Origin: Azolla caroliniana
Lineage: Eukaryota > Plantae > Polypodiophyta
DNA: 64,000 bases
Reading direction: 5' to 3'
Assembly (NCBI GenBank): GCA_043228905.1
Contig: JBHGNT010000005.1
Location: 18,042,001-18,106,000 of the forward strand
Shown here in pieces: positions 14,492-24,776 of the stretch (positions are counted from its first letter, which is position 1; each line of letters opens with the position of its first letter). The notes beneath the pieces were generated by a model. That model saw nothing but the letters and a program-made list of their open reading frames with translations. It made no database searches and was not told the DNA's origin. The position numbers and the translations under genes are program-made.

Positions 14492-16002
14492 AAACAAAGG
14501 TAGGAGATACTCTCTGAGAGAGAGAAGAGGCCCCCCAGATTTCCAGATGAAGAATATGTATTGTTAACTTATGAGGGGGAGCCGGAAAGCTTTGAGGAAG
14601 CAAAGAGGGACACCCACAACCATAAGTGGTTGAGTGCCATGCAAGACGAGATGGACTCCCTGCATGAGAACCACACATATGAACTAACGGAGTTGCCGAA
14701 AGGAAAGAGGGCGCTCTGAAATAAGTGGGTGTATAAACTGAAACCAGGAGATGGCGAAAATTCACCAAGGGATAAAGTTCACATTGTGGTGAAGGGCTTC
14801 CAACAGAAGAAAGGAGTGGATTTCGACGAGATTTTTGCCCTCGTGGTGAAGTTGACATCCATCCGGACAGTGCTGAGCATAACGACTAGCATGGACCTCG
14901 AAGTCGAACAGATGGATGTCAAGAAGACCTTCTTACATGGTGATCTTGAAGAACAGATATATATGCAGCAGATGGAGGAACTCGTTGAAAAGGGGAAGGG
15001 CAACCTGGTATGCCAGTTGAGGAAGATCCCTTACGGACTGAAGCAAGCCCCCCGACAATGGTACTGGAAGCTAGAATCCTTCATGGCCGACCAAGGGTAC
15101 CACAAGACGTAGCCCGACCACTGTATGTTTGTGTGACAAAGAGATTGTTGTGACTATCATAGGAGAAGTACGTGACAAAGGTGTTTCAGAGATTTAGTAT
15201 GCAAAACGCGAAGTTGGTCGGCTTGACAATGCTGACCATCAACAAGCTATCTGGGAGACAATGTCCGAAGACCGAGAAAAAGGAGGCTGAGATGATGAAG
15301 GTTCCATATTCCTTAATAGTTAGAATCCTGATGTACGCGATGGTATGTACCAAGCCGGACATTAGATACGTGGTCGGAGTCATCAACCGATTCATGAGCA
15401 ATCCAGGCAGAGAGCATTAGGATGTAGTCAAGTGGATACTCCAGTATCTGAGAGGCACCTGGAGCGTGTGCCTTCGATCCGGCTCAGGTAATCCTTTGTA
15501 AGAAGGTTTTATTGATTCAGACATGTCGACTGATGTGGATACCAACTGGTCCACAGCCGGATATGTTATGACTTATGCAAGGGGAGCCGTCTCATGGCAA
15601 TCGAGGCTACATAAGGCCGTGACATTGTCAACCACGGAAGTGGAGTATATGGCTACAGTGGAAGCCGAAAAGTAAATAATTTGGATGGATTTCATTGGAG
15701 AGTTGGGAATTCGGCAAGGGGAATTTCGACTCTACTGCGACAACCAAAGTGCCATCCACCTTGCGAAGAATGCTACTACCACTCGAGGACCAAGCACATC
15801 TAGAGGAGATACCATTGGGTCTAGGAGAGGGTAGAAGAGAAGGATTTCACTTTGATGAAGATCCACACGAAGGAGAATGGATTAGACATGCTAATGAAGG
15901 TGCTAACAACAAAGAAGCTGGAGGTCTGCAGGAAATGAGTCGGTTTGACGAAGCAACCCATTTTGGAGTGAAGAGGGAGTTTATTAGGAAACAAGTCCCT
16001 CC

Positions 16003-19000
16003 TGTCGAATACATGTGTATAATGGACGTATTCACACTATCTCGTTTTGGCCATTTATGTAATTAGCATAAAGGGCAGTTGCCCTAAGTCGGTCACTATA
16101 TATAGTGACCTTGTAACCTTTTTGTAAGGTTGGTTGTTGTATTATTTGCTTTATGGAATAAAGACTCTTTTGTGCCTCTCTCTCTCTCTCTCTGTGCAAC
16201 GACTACAAACTGTCATACGCAGGTACTCAACAGCAATCGAATGCTTCAGGATCTTCCGCACAGACGACATAATCCCCAACATCTGGTATCAGAGCCTGCA
16301 CAGTAGTCGGTCCTTCAATCCGCTGTCGGCCGTCGTCTCAGCATTCGGTTTCCTGCGTCATTCGAAGAAGAGAGAAGAAGAAGAAAAACCAGGTTTGCAT
16401 CTCATTGCGTTAGATCATCTTTGCCTGGAGTAAGCCAGCAGGTTGTACTCTGTTCTCCGTGATCGTAACCGCTCGAGGTGAAATCCCCTTGTGCAACTTT
16501 GACACGATCGTGCTCCACTCGGTTAAACGGCATCCGAAGAGGTCACCAAACGCTGCTCGTTGTAACCACTCGGTGCAGATCGGTCTCAAGATAACAACCC
16601 CAATTCGTGCTTCATCCGGCTGATCGACATTCGAGAGGATCAGTTGGATCTGTCTCTCTCGTCGCTGCAGCCACCCGAAGCAGAATCGGTCCAGATAATC
16701 GGTTTCAATAATCGGTATTCGGCACATATATCCGAAGCCGAACCGACTCGGGTTCAAATCCGACTAGAACGATATCGGGTGAGCCAACCGGCTGCACTCC
16801 AACAAGGTTCGTAGTCAACTCCGAACCGAGCTTCGTCAACCGAAACCGAATTTGATGGCATCAACATCCGGCTCGTCAGAAATGAGCCTACGAAAGTTCG
16901 ATGGATCGAACTTCAACTTCTGGAAAGAGCAAATGCAGGACTATCTCATAGTCAAGGGACAAATCGATCCCATCGAAAATGAAGAACCTCCAGAAGGATA
17001 CAAACCAATTGAGTGGCAGAAGCTGGACAAAATCGTCCGCGCCACGATTCGGATGCACCTATCGGAATCGGTATACTTTACGGTGCAATCGTGTACGACA
17101 GCATTCGAACTGTGGAAAACACTGTCGGACACTTACGAAAAGAAGGTCGCCGCAACGAAGATGTTTCTGATCCGGCGCCTCTACAACTTGCGGATGAAAG
17201 AATCCGATTCGGTTCAAGCACACCTCAACGAGTACGAAAGCATAAGCTCCCAAATCTCGTCACAGGGGACGGCAATCGAGGATGAACTCAGAGCAATGAT
17301 ACTCATGAGTAGCCTTCCCTCATCATGGGAAACTTTCGTCACAACCGTGTGCAACGCGTCAACCACGGCTGTTAAGTACTCCGAAGTCACGAGCGCAATT
17401 CTGACCGAAGCAGCTCGGAGAAAGTCTTTCGCCAAAGACTCAACAGACGACGCTTACGTAGTACAAGGTTCGACAGACCGATCGAACATACGAGGAAGAG
17501 ATTCCTCACGGCCGCCGAACAATCAGCGAAGACGGAGCCAGTCACGGGATAACCGAATCTGCAACTATTGCAAGAAACCCGGACACATCAAAGCCGACTG
17601 CCGTGCACTCAAGAACAAGAACAACAAGAAGAGTGGCCGGCATGAGGAGATCAATTACGTCAGCTCCTCAGCTGATGTACTACCGGACGACCCGAATATA
17701 CTATCAATCGAAAATCCAGTCGGATCAGAAGTTCTACTCACGACTGAAGAATCGAGCACATGGCTCTTAGATTCGGGCGCGTCATTTCACGTGACTCCTC
17801 ATCGGTCCCAATTTCGGCAATATACGATCCGTCACTCCGACTCAGTTCGAGTCGGCAACTCACAACACTGTGACATCATCGGAATCGGCACAGTAGAGCT
17901 CAACCTTGCAGGTGGCTCTACACTCGTACTTCACAATGTCCGACATGTACCCGAGCTCTCAAGGCCATTGATCTCAGTCGGACAACTAGATGAAGACGGC
18001 ATTCGTGCCGGCTTCTCTTCGGGAGGGTGGACACTCCACAGGGGGAACCTCCTGCTTGCTAGAGGACCCAAGATACACTCACTGTATCCGTTACATGTTA
18101 CGCTCAGAGAGGGTAACCTGTTTCTGGTGGATATTCCTGTGTCATCACTATGGCACCGAAGATTAGGACACCTCAGCAAGGCCGGCATCACGCACCTATC
18201 TAGAGCCGGATACATCCCCAAACTCTCCTTCTCGGACCATCAATTCTGCGAGCATTGCCAGTATGGCAAACAAGTAGCCGCATCACACCCGACATCAGCA
18301 CCAAGAGAAACGAGACCTCTCGATTTAGTCCACTCGGACGTCTGCGGCCCAATGCCGCATCAGTCTCTTGGCGGTGCCTCTTACTTCGTCACTTTTATTG
18401 ACGATTCGACTCGAAAGGTGTGGGCTTATCCAATTCGCACCAAAGATCGGGTCTTCTCGATCTTCTCAGATTGGCTCGCTATGGTAGAAAATCAAACCGA
18501 CCGAAAGCTGAAATGCCTTCGGACAGACAATGGGGGAGAGTTCAAATCCGAAGAATTCGTCAAATTCTGCCGACAACGCGGCATCCGACGTGAATTTACG
18601 GCACCACACAGTCCGGAGCAAAACGGGATTGCCGAACGCATGAATCGGACAATCCAAGAACGGATAGTTTCCATGCTCCAACACTCCGGACTGTCGGATG
18701 GCTTCTGGGCAGAGGCTCTACTCACGGCAGTACACATAATCAATATGTCGCCAAGTAGACCTCTAGGACTTCAAATTCCTCAGGAACTATGGATCGGCAG
18801 TAAGCCGAATTACGACAAGCTGAGGATCTTCGGATGCGAGGCGTATGCCCTTATTCCGAAAGATGATCGCCGAAAACTTGCACCTCGGTCCAGGAAATGC
18901 ATTTTCCTTGGATATGGATCCGACGGCGAAATGGGATACCGACTCTGGGACCCCGAACGCAGACAAATCGTTCGAAGTTCGGACGTTGTGTTCAACGAGT

Positions 19001-21341
19001 CGGCTATGAATCCATCAGTCGAAAAACCGATCGAAGTCCGAAGGGTAACATTTTCCGATGTGCCGACCCTTCAAGAAGGCCCTGCTCTTAATACACGGTC
19101 AGCTTCACGGGTAGCTGAACCTTACACTACCGACTCGGACAACTCCGACTCGGCACAGCCGAATGACTCGCTTTCGGACCATCCGACACCGATACCCGAT
19201 GCGAACAGTCCAATCCTACTTCGACGATCCGAGAGACTGTCGCAACCTCCGGAGAGATATTCTCCTGGAATTTTCTTCACCGACGCCGGCGAACCGACGT
19301 CTTACGAAGAAGCATCGACATCTGTCGATTCAGCCACCTGGCACCTGGCGATGGAGTCGGAAATGCACTCCATCCGGGCAAACAAGACTTGGGATCTGGT
19401 CGAATTACCTAGGAACCGACGTGCTCTTCCTTGCAAGTGGGTTTATCGACTAAAAGAGACGTCTGATTCGACCACCCCAAAGTACAAGGCCAGATTAGTT
19501 GCGAAGGGCTTCCGACAAGAATATGGCGTCGACTTCGACGAGATTTTTTCACCAGTGGTGAAAATGACAACCCTTCGTTTCCTACTCGGCGTAGTGGCAG
19601 CCGACAACTTGGAGCTGATTCAGCTAGATGTCAAAACAGCCTTCCTCCATGGTGATCTTGAAGAGGAAATTTATATGGAGCAGCCAAAAGGCTTCGTGGC
19701 AACTGGCCAAGAACATCTAGTCTGCCGACTCAGGAAGAGTCTATATGGCCTCAAACAGGCACCACGACAATGGTACAAGAAGTTCGACGACTTCATCCAA
19801 TCGATCGGCTTCTCCAAAAGCGATGAGGACCATTGTCTCTTCACCAACACAGCTCAAGATGGATCACCCATCTTCCTCATCATTTACGTGGATGACATGC
19901 TAATTTCTGGACGCCACGCGAGCGAACTTGCCGATCTCGTTCGGCAACTGCGGTTGAAGTTTGCCATGAAGGACCTCGGTCCGGCACGACACATACTCGG
20001 CATGAAGATCAGTCGGCATCGCGATAAACGACATCTTTTTTTGTCTCAGACCGACTATCTCCGACGTGTCTTGGAACGCTTCAACATGCAATCAGCCAAA
20101 TCTGCTTCAACCCCGCTCCCCATGAATCTTCGGCTCTCTCAGCGAGACTGCCCGACATCCGGCCCGGAGGGGGAAGATATGAAGTCGGTACCGTATGCAC
20201 CGGCAGTCGGCTCCCTTATGTACCTGATGGTCGCGACACGGCCTGATATCTCTCATGCCGTAGGAGTCGTTAGCAGATTTATGCACAATCCTGGCCGATC
20301 GCATTGGAACGCAGTCAAGCATGTGTTCAGATATCTGGCTGGCACAAAAGACCATGGCATTCTTTTCGGTCCGAACCGAACCTCAGGCGTAGTCGGTTAC
20401 ACCGACTCGGACTTCGCCGGCTGTATAGACAGTCGGAAATCAACAACCGGATACTGCTTCAAATTCGGCAATGGAGCAATCTCGTGGAAGTCGAAACTTC
20501 AGGAGTGCACAGCGACCTCAACGACCGAAGCAGAATATGTAGCTGCGTCCGACGCAGCAAAAGAAGCTCTGTGGCTCGGTCGGCTGGCGCACACGTTTCG
20601 ACAAGTCGACCATGACTCGGCTCCAGTTGTCTACAACGACAGTCAAGGTGCTGTTGCCTTGTCGAAAAATCCGGTTCACCACAACGCCTCCAAACATATC
20701 GACGTTCGATATCATTTCGTTCGGGACTGCGTCATTTCAGGGAAAATCGGTCTAGAGAAAATATCCACAACCGACAATGTCGCAGACGGAATGACCAAGT
20801 GTCTTTCGGCAGACCGCTTTCGGTCTCTTCGGCATCAGATGGGCGTAACGACAAACCAGTCCGGTTAGAGCCGGACACAGAGCAGGATGGTTCCGACAAC
20901 CGACATCAGTTCCTTAATGATCGGCTTCAACTGTTCCGACCCGACCAGTTCGGTCTTCTGCCTTCGGACCCTGCCGACTCGAACAAAGCTGATATGTCCG
21001 AGAACCTAAGTCTATACCTGTAATCTTAGATAACCCATGTATACGCCCATTACGGGGGAGTGTCGAATACATGTGTATAATGGACGTATTCACACTATCT
21101 CGTTTTGGCCATTTATGTAATTAGCATAAAGGGCAGTTGCCCTAAGTCGGTCACTATATATAGTGACCTTGTAACCTTTTTGTAAGGTTGGTTGTTGTAT
21201 TATTTGCTTTATGGAATAAAGACTCTTTTGTGCCTCTCTCTCTCTCTCTCTCTGTGCAACGACTACAAACTGTCATACGCAGGTACTCAACAGCAATCGA
21301 ATGCTTCAGGATCTTCCGCACAGACGACATAATCCCCAACA
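16003..21341 (+). mobile_element. Intact, very recent Ty1/copia LTR retrotransposon
   Basis: TSD CCTCC (15998-16002, 21342-21346). LTRs 16003-16281 and 21061-21341 differ only by (TC)8 vs (TC)9. PBS TGGTATCAGAGC at 16284, PPT ACGGGGGAG immediately before the 3' LTR. Confidence 0.98.
16855..20868 (+). CDS. Copia gag-pol polyprotein (Gag, zinc knuckle, PR, INT, RT, RNase H)
   Basis: Uninterrupted ~1337-aa ORF in copia domain order: CNYCKKPGHIKADC, WLLDSGAS, LWHRRLGH/CEHC, HSD-TDNGGEF-AERMN, YVDD, YTDSDFAG/TEAEY. Confidence 0.97.
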   Translation: MASTSGSSEMSLRKFDGSNFNFWKEQMQDYLIVKGQIDPIENEEPPEGYKPIEWQKLDKIVRATIRMHLSESVYFTVQSCTTAFELWKTLSDTYEKKVAATKMFLIRRLYNLRMKESDSVQAHLNEYESISSQISSQGTAIEDELRAMILMSSLPSSWETFVTTVCNASTTAVKYSEVTSAILTEAARRKSFAKDSTDDAYVVQGSTDRSNIRGRDSSRPPNNQRRRSQSRDNRICNYCKKPGHIKADCRALKNKNNKKSGRHEEINYVSSSADVLPDDPNILSIENPVGSEVLLTTEESSTWLLDSGASFHVTPHRSQFRQYTIRHSDSVRVGNSQHCDIIGIGTVELNLAGGSTLVLHNVRHVPELSRPLISVGQLDEDGIRAGFSSGGWTLHRGNLLLARGPKIHSLYPLHVTLREGNLFLVDIPVSSLWHRRLGHLSKAGITHLSRAGYIPKLSFSDHQFCEHCQYGKQVAASHPTSAPRETRPLDLVHSDVCGPMPHQSLGGASYFVTFIDDSTRKVWAYPIRTKDRVFSIFSDWLAMVENQTDRKLKCLRTDNGGEFKSEEFVKFCRQRGIRREFTAPHSPEQNGIAERMNRTIQERIVSMLQHSGLSDGFWAEALLTAVHIINMSPSRPLGLQIPQELWIGSKPNYDKLRIFGCEAYALIPKDDRRKLAPRSRKCIFLGYGSDGEMGYRLWDPERRQIVRSSDVVFNESAMNPSVEKPIEVRRVTFSDVPTLQEGPALNTRSASRVAEPYTTDSDNSDSAQPNDSLSDHPTPIPDANSPILLRRSERLSQPPERYSPGIFFTDAGEPTSYEEASTSVDSATWHLAMESEMHSIRANKTWDLVELPRNRRALPCKWVYRLKETSDSTTPKYKARLVAKGFRQEYGVDFDEIFSPVVKMTTLRFLLGVVAADNLELIQLDVKTAFLHGDLEEEIYMEQPKGFVATGQEHLVCRLRKSLYGLKQAPRQWYKKFDDFIQSIGFSKSDEDHCLFTNTAQDGSPIFLIIYVDDMLISGRHASELADLVRQLRLKFAMKDLGPARHILGMKISRHRDKRHLFLSQTDYLRRVLERFNMQSAKSASTPLPMNLRLSQRDCPTSGPEGEDMKSVPYAPAVGSLMYLMVATRPDISHAVGVVSRFMHNPGRSHWNAVKHVFRYLAGTKDHGILFGPNRTSGVVGYTDSDFAGCIDSRKSTTGYCFKFGNGAISWKSKLQECTATSTTEAEYVAASDAAKEALWLGRLAHTFRQVDHDSAPVVYNDSQGAVALSKNPVHHNASKHIDVRYHFVRDCVISGKIGLEKISTTDNVADGMTKCLSADRFRSLRHQMGVTTNQSG

Positions 21342-23454
21342 CCTCCGAATGGCAAGTATGCACGAGCCAGATTGGAGTCTGGAGAAGAACATAGATCCGG
21401 AGCCGGACAGACTGGAAGGCATCCAGTAGAATCCGGAGAGGTATCCGGAAGTGAACATATTTGTAAATATGTTTTGGCGCGCCTAAGACAGGCAATATTT
21501 GTAAATAGCCCAATGTACAATGTATAAGTATAAATACTCTTAGGGCTAATTTGTAAAGTGTGATGACAGATTGATAGTAGGAGTGAGCGAAGGTAGAGTG
21601 TGAGTGGTAACTCTATTGTAATCGTCAACTGACGAAGAGGAGCAAGTTTGAACTGCCGTAGAGTCTCCTGTGTATTCTCCCTACTATAGCGATTACTTGG
21701 AGTTCGTGGACTCCCGTGTTTTTTTCCCTTTCTAGGTTTTCCACGCTAACATCTTGTGTCTCTGTGCTTTTCTTTTCTTACTGTTCTATTGAGCTCTACA
21801 TCTCTCTCATAAGTACATGTAGCTCGATTGTGGCCAGCTTCATATTTCGCATTTATTCTAACACCATAGAGGGTGTGTACAAGAAGAAATGTTTCTCACT
21901 AGCATTTGAGGGTGTTTGGATGCCTGGCTTATATGCATGTCACAAAAGATGAGAGGTCAAACCTGGACAACAAGTCCAAAACATGCATTTTCTTGGGGTA
22001 CGCATAAGATGAGTTTGGATACAAAATGTGGGATCTAATTGACAAGAAAATGATCAGAAGTAGAGATATTGTATTTATGGAAGACAAGACAATTGAGGAC
22101 TATAAAGGAAAATAGCCAATGTCATCTTCCCAGCATACTCCTGTGGTAAATTCCGTGTTTCCCAACACTGGCCCTATATAACTGGCTGGTACATAACAAC
22201 CAGCAGATGCAACCGAACCTAAGCTGAAAGACGCATCTGAACTTGAGCTGGCAGATTTAGCCAAATCTGAGCTAGCAGAAGCAGCTGAATCTGAGCCGAT
22301 TGCTGAAGGAAGAAGATACCCACTCAGACAAAGAAACGCTTCCTCAAGGTATCCAACAAGTGAATATGTACTACTAACAGATGAAGGTGAGCCGGACTGT
22401 TTTGAGGAAGCAATGTTGAATGTGCACAAAAGTGAGTGGTATAGTATCATGCAAGATGAGATGAATTCCTTGCATGAGAACCACACATATGATTTGATGG
22501 AACTGCATGAGGGAAAGAGAGCTCTCAGAAACAAGTGGGTCTTCAAATTGAAAATTGGAGAAGACTGTTGTCCACCCAGATACAAAGCCCGCATAATGGT
22601 GAAAGGCTTTCAATAGAAGAAGGGAATTGATTTTGATGAGATATTCACATACGTGGAACCTGTTGTGGCCGGTCTCGATCCTAACAAGTGGTATCAGAGC
22701 GATGGAAGACTCGTTCAACGGCATGTTCAAGCTTACCAAATCCAACTACTCAGTGTGGAAGTCGAAGATGAGAGACATGCTCGTGTGCAAAGACATGTGG
22801 CTGCAGGTGTAGTTCGGCAAAAGAAAGGTAGACAAGATTGAGGCATTGACTTGGGAAGTCATGCATCTAAAGGCGGCAACATATATAAGGTGTTCTATAG
22901 ACATGAGTGTCATAGACACACCAACCCTAGACTACGAGAAAGCACATATGACGAGGCTATGACTGATAAGGTTTACGAACGTGGAACTAGACATGATGAG
23001 GCTAGAAACTCGGGAAGTTGGGAGCGACAAGATGAGGAACTTAAGATGCTAGGAACAATACAAGAGCATCAAGACAGAGATGTAAATCAAGGAGAGAAGA
23101 TGGGGCTAAAGAAGAATACTAGATTGATGTGTCAATGACTGGCATTGAATCCGTTGAAAGGGATCAAGGAAGTTACAAGTTTTTATACATGTTTGTGGCC
23201 TCTACATGTAGTTCCATGCATCGACCCATTTTCATGCAAAAGCTTCTAAAAACTCCTAGAACTTGGAATGGATAATATACTAATAATCTACTAAGTTATA
23301 TAAATAATATCACCATGTATTTGGATGTGTTGGTTAAAATATAACACTTGACTATATACAAGAGGTTAAGTGTTTGAATCTTGACATGACTATTGTCATG
23401 TCCGTGACATTATCCTCCCATTTACGGCGCCTTTTCGGAAGCGTGGTGTAGGGG

Positions 23455-24135
23455 TGAACCGTGTGCGGTCCTCACCTGAGAATGGAAGATGAGTGAACGT
23501 GAGCGACCATGTGTGGTCCTCATCAGGAATTAAAGCACCAACGAGCGTGAGCGACCATGTATGGTCCTCACCGGAGACACAAACACCAACGGGCATGAGT
23601 GACTGTGTGTGGTACTCATCGGAGACATGAACACCAACAGGTGTGAGCGACCATGTGCGGTCCTCACTGGGAACTGGAACACCAACGGGAGTGAGCGACC
23701 ATGTGTGGTCCTCACCGGAGACACGAACACCAACGGGTGTGATCGACCTTGTGCGGTTGTCACCGGAGACACGAACCCGGCCAATTATATAGTTTTACAC
23801 GGAATGTGTGGGATCAAGCGCACGGTTGAACCCACAACCATGAAGATTAGATCATGCTCACCCTAAAGCTATTTGTCTATACAATAGTTATCTTTTTTGT
23901 TTCGTTCTTCCTTTTCGGATTCTTATCAAACGACCCTAGGCCAAACCCTAGACGTAGAGATTGAATCTCTTGATTTATTTTTTAATGAACACCAACGAGT
24001 GTGAGTGACCACGTGTGGTCCTCACCGGGAACTGGGACACGACCGAGCGTGAGCGACCTTGTGATGTCTTCATCGGAGACACGAACACCAACAGGTGTGA
24101 GCAACCATGTGAGGTCCTCACTAGGAACTAGAACA
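23455..24135. repeat. 48-bp tandem repeat arrays (~7 + ~3 copies) inside element D
   Basis: Unit approximately GTGAGCGACCATGTGTGGTCCTCACCGGAGACACGAACACCAACGGGT, at 23455-23780 and 23985-24135. Confidence 0.88.
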
Positions 24136-24289
24136 CTTGACATCGATGAAGGCTAGGCAAAGTAGTGTTGATAACAACACCAAGAGGTGCTGAAGATGAT
24201 GATGTTTAAGATGAAGCAATGAAGACAATGATGTTGAGGAAGCATCTCTGGAAGCGATGAATGTGACTATGGCAATGATGGAAACAAAG

Positions 24290-24776
24290 AAATAGATGAA
24301 GAGGATACTTGAAACATAGAGATCGAGACGTTGAGGATAAAAAGAAACACAAAGACAACAATGTAGAGGATGATAGAAAACACAATGACAAGGACGAAGA
24401 TGATAAGAAACACATAGAGAGGGATGACGATGATAAGAAACAAATAGATAGAGATGAAAACGGCAGGAAGCACAGGGAGAAGGATGACAATGACAAAAAA
24501 CGCAGAGATAGGGATGTGGAAGATGATAAGAAGCGCAAAGATAGGGATGATGATGATAAGAAACACGGAGATAGATATGTGGAAAATGAGAAGAAACTAA
24601 AAAATACAGACGATGATGAACAAAAACTAAAAGATAGAGACAACGATGAGAAGAAACTAGGAGATAGAGATGGTGAGGAAGATAGGAAACGAAGGGATGT
24701 TGATGACGATAACTCTAGAAGCAAGGACGGTGATGATGGTAACTCTAGAAGCAAGGGCGATGACGAAGAAGGGTGA
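24290..24776. repeat. Degenerate 33-bp minisatellite inside element D
   Basis: The plus frame gives an 11-aa period (KKHRDRDVEDD-like) over ~155 codons. The minus frame is an S/L/F-rich open frame. Confidence 0.8.

Larger units (their letters stand above)
10817..21863 (+). mobile_element. Decayed Ty1/copia element B, both LTRs present, nested in A
   Basis: TSD CCATA (10812-10816, 21864-21868). 5' LTR 10817-11349, PBS TGGTATTAGAG at 11352, PPT at ~15969-15980. 3' LTR 15982-21863 is split by the intact copia. gag-pol has many stops, and the YVDD region is deleted near 15130. Confidence 0.9.
8310..22647 (+). mobile_element. Decayed Ty1/copia element A (host of nest; 3'-truncated)
   Basis: 5' LTR ~8310-8902 (TG...CA), degenerate Met-i PBS at ~8906. 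gag/PR/INT remnants 8930-10816, interrupted by element B. Resumes at 21869 (DGDVP|*RV) through INT and early RT, then breaks at ~22647. Confidence 0.8.

Noticed and set aside
23455-24135. CRISPR-like repeat/spacer appearance
   Set aside because: The 'spacers' are homologous to each other, the context is a eukaryotic LTR element and no cas genes are present. It is a tandem minisatellite.
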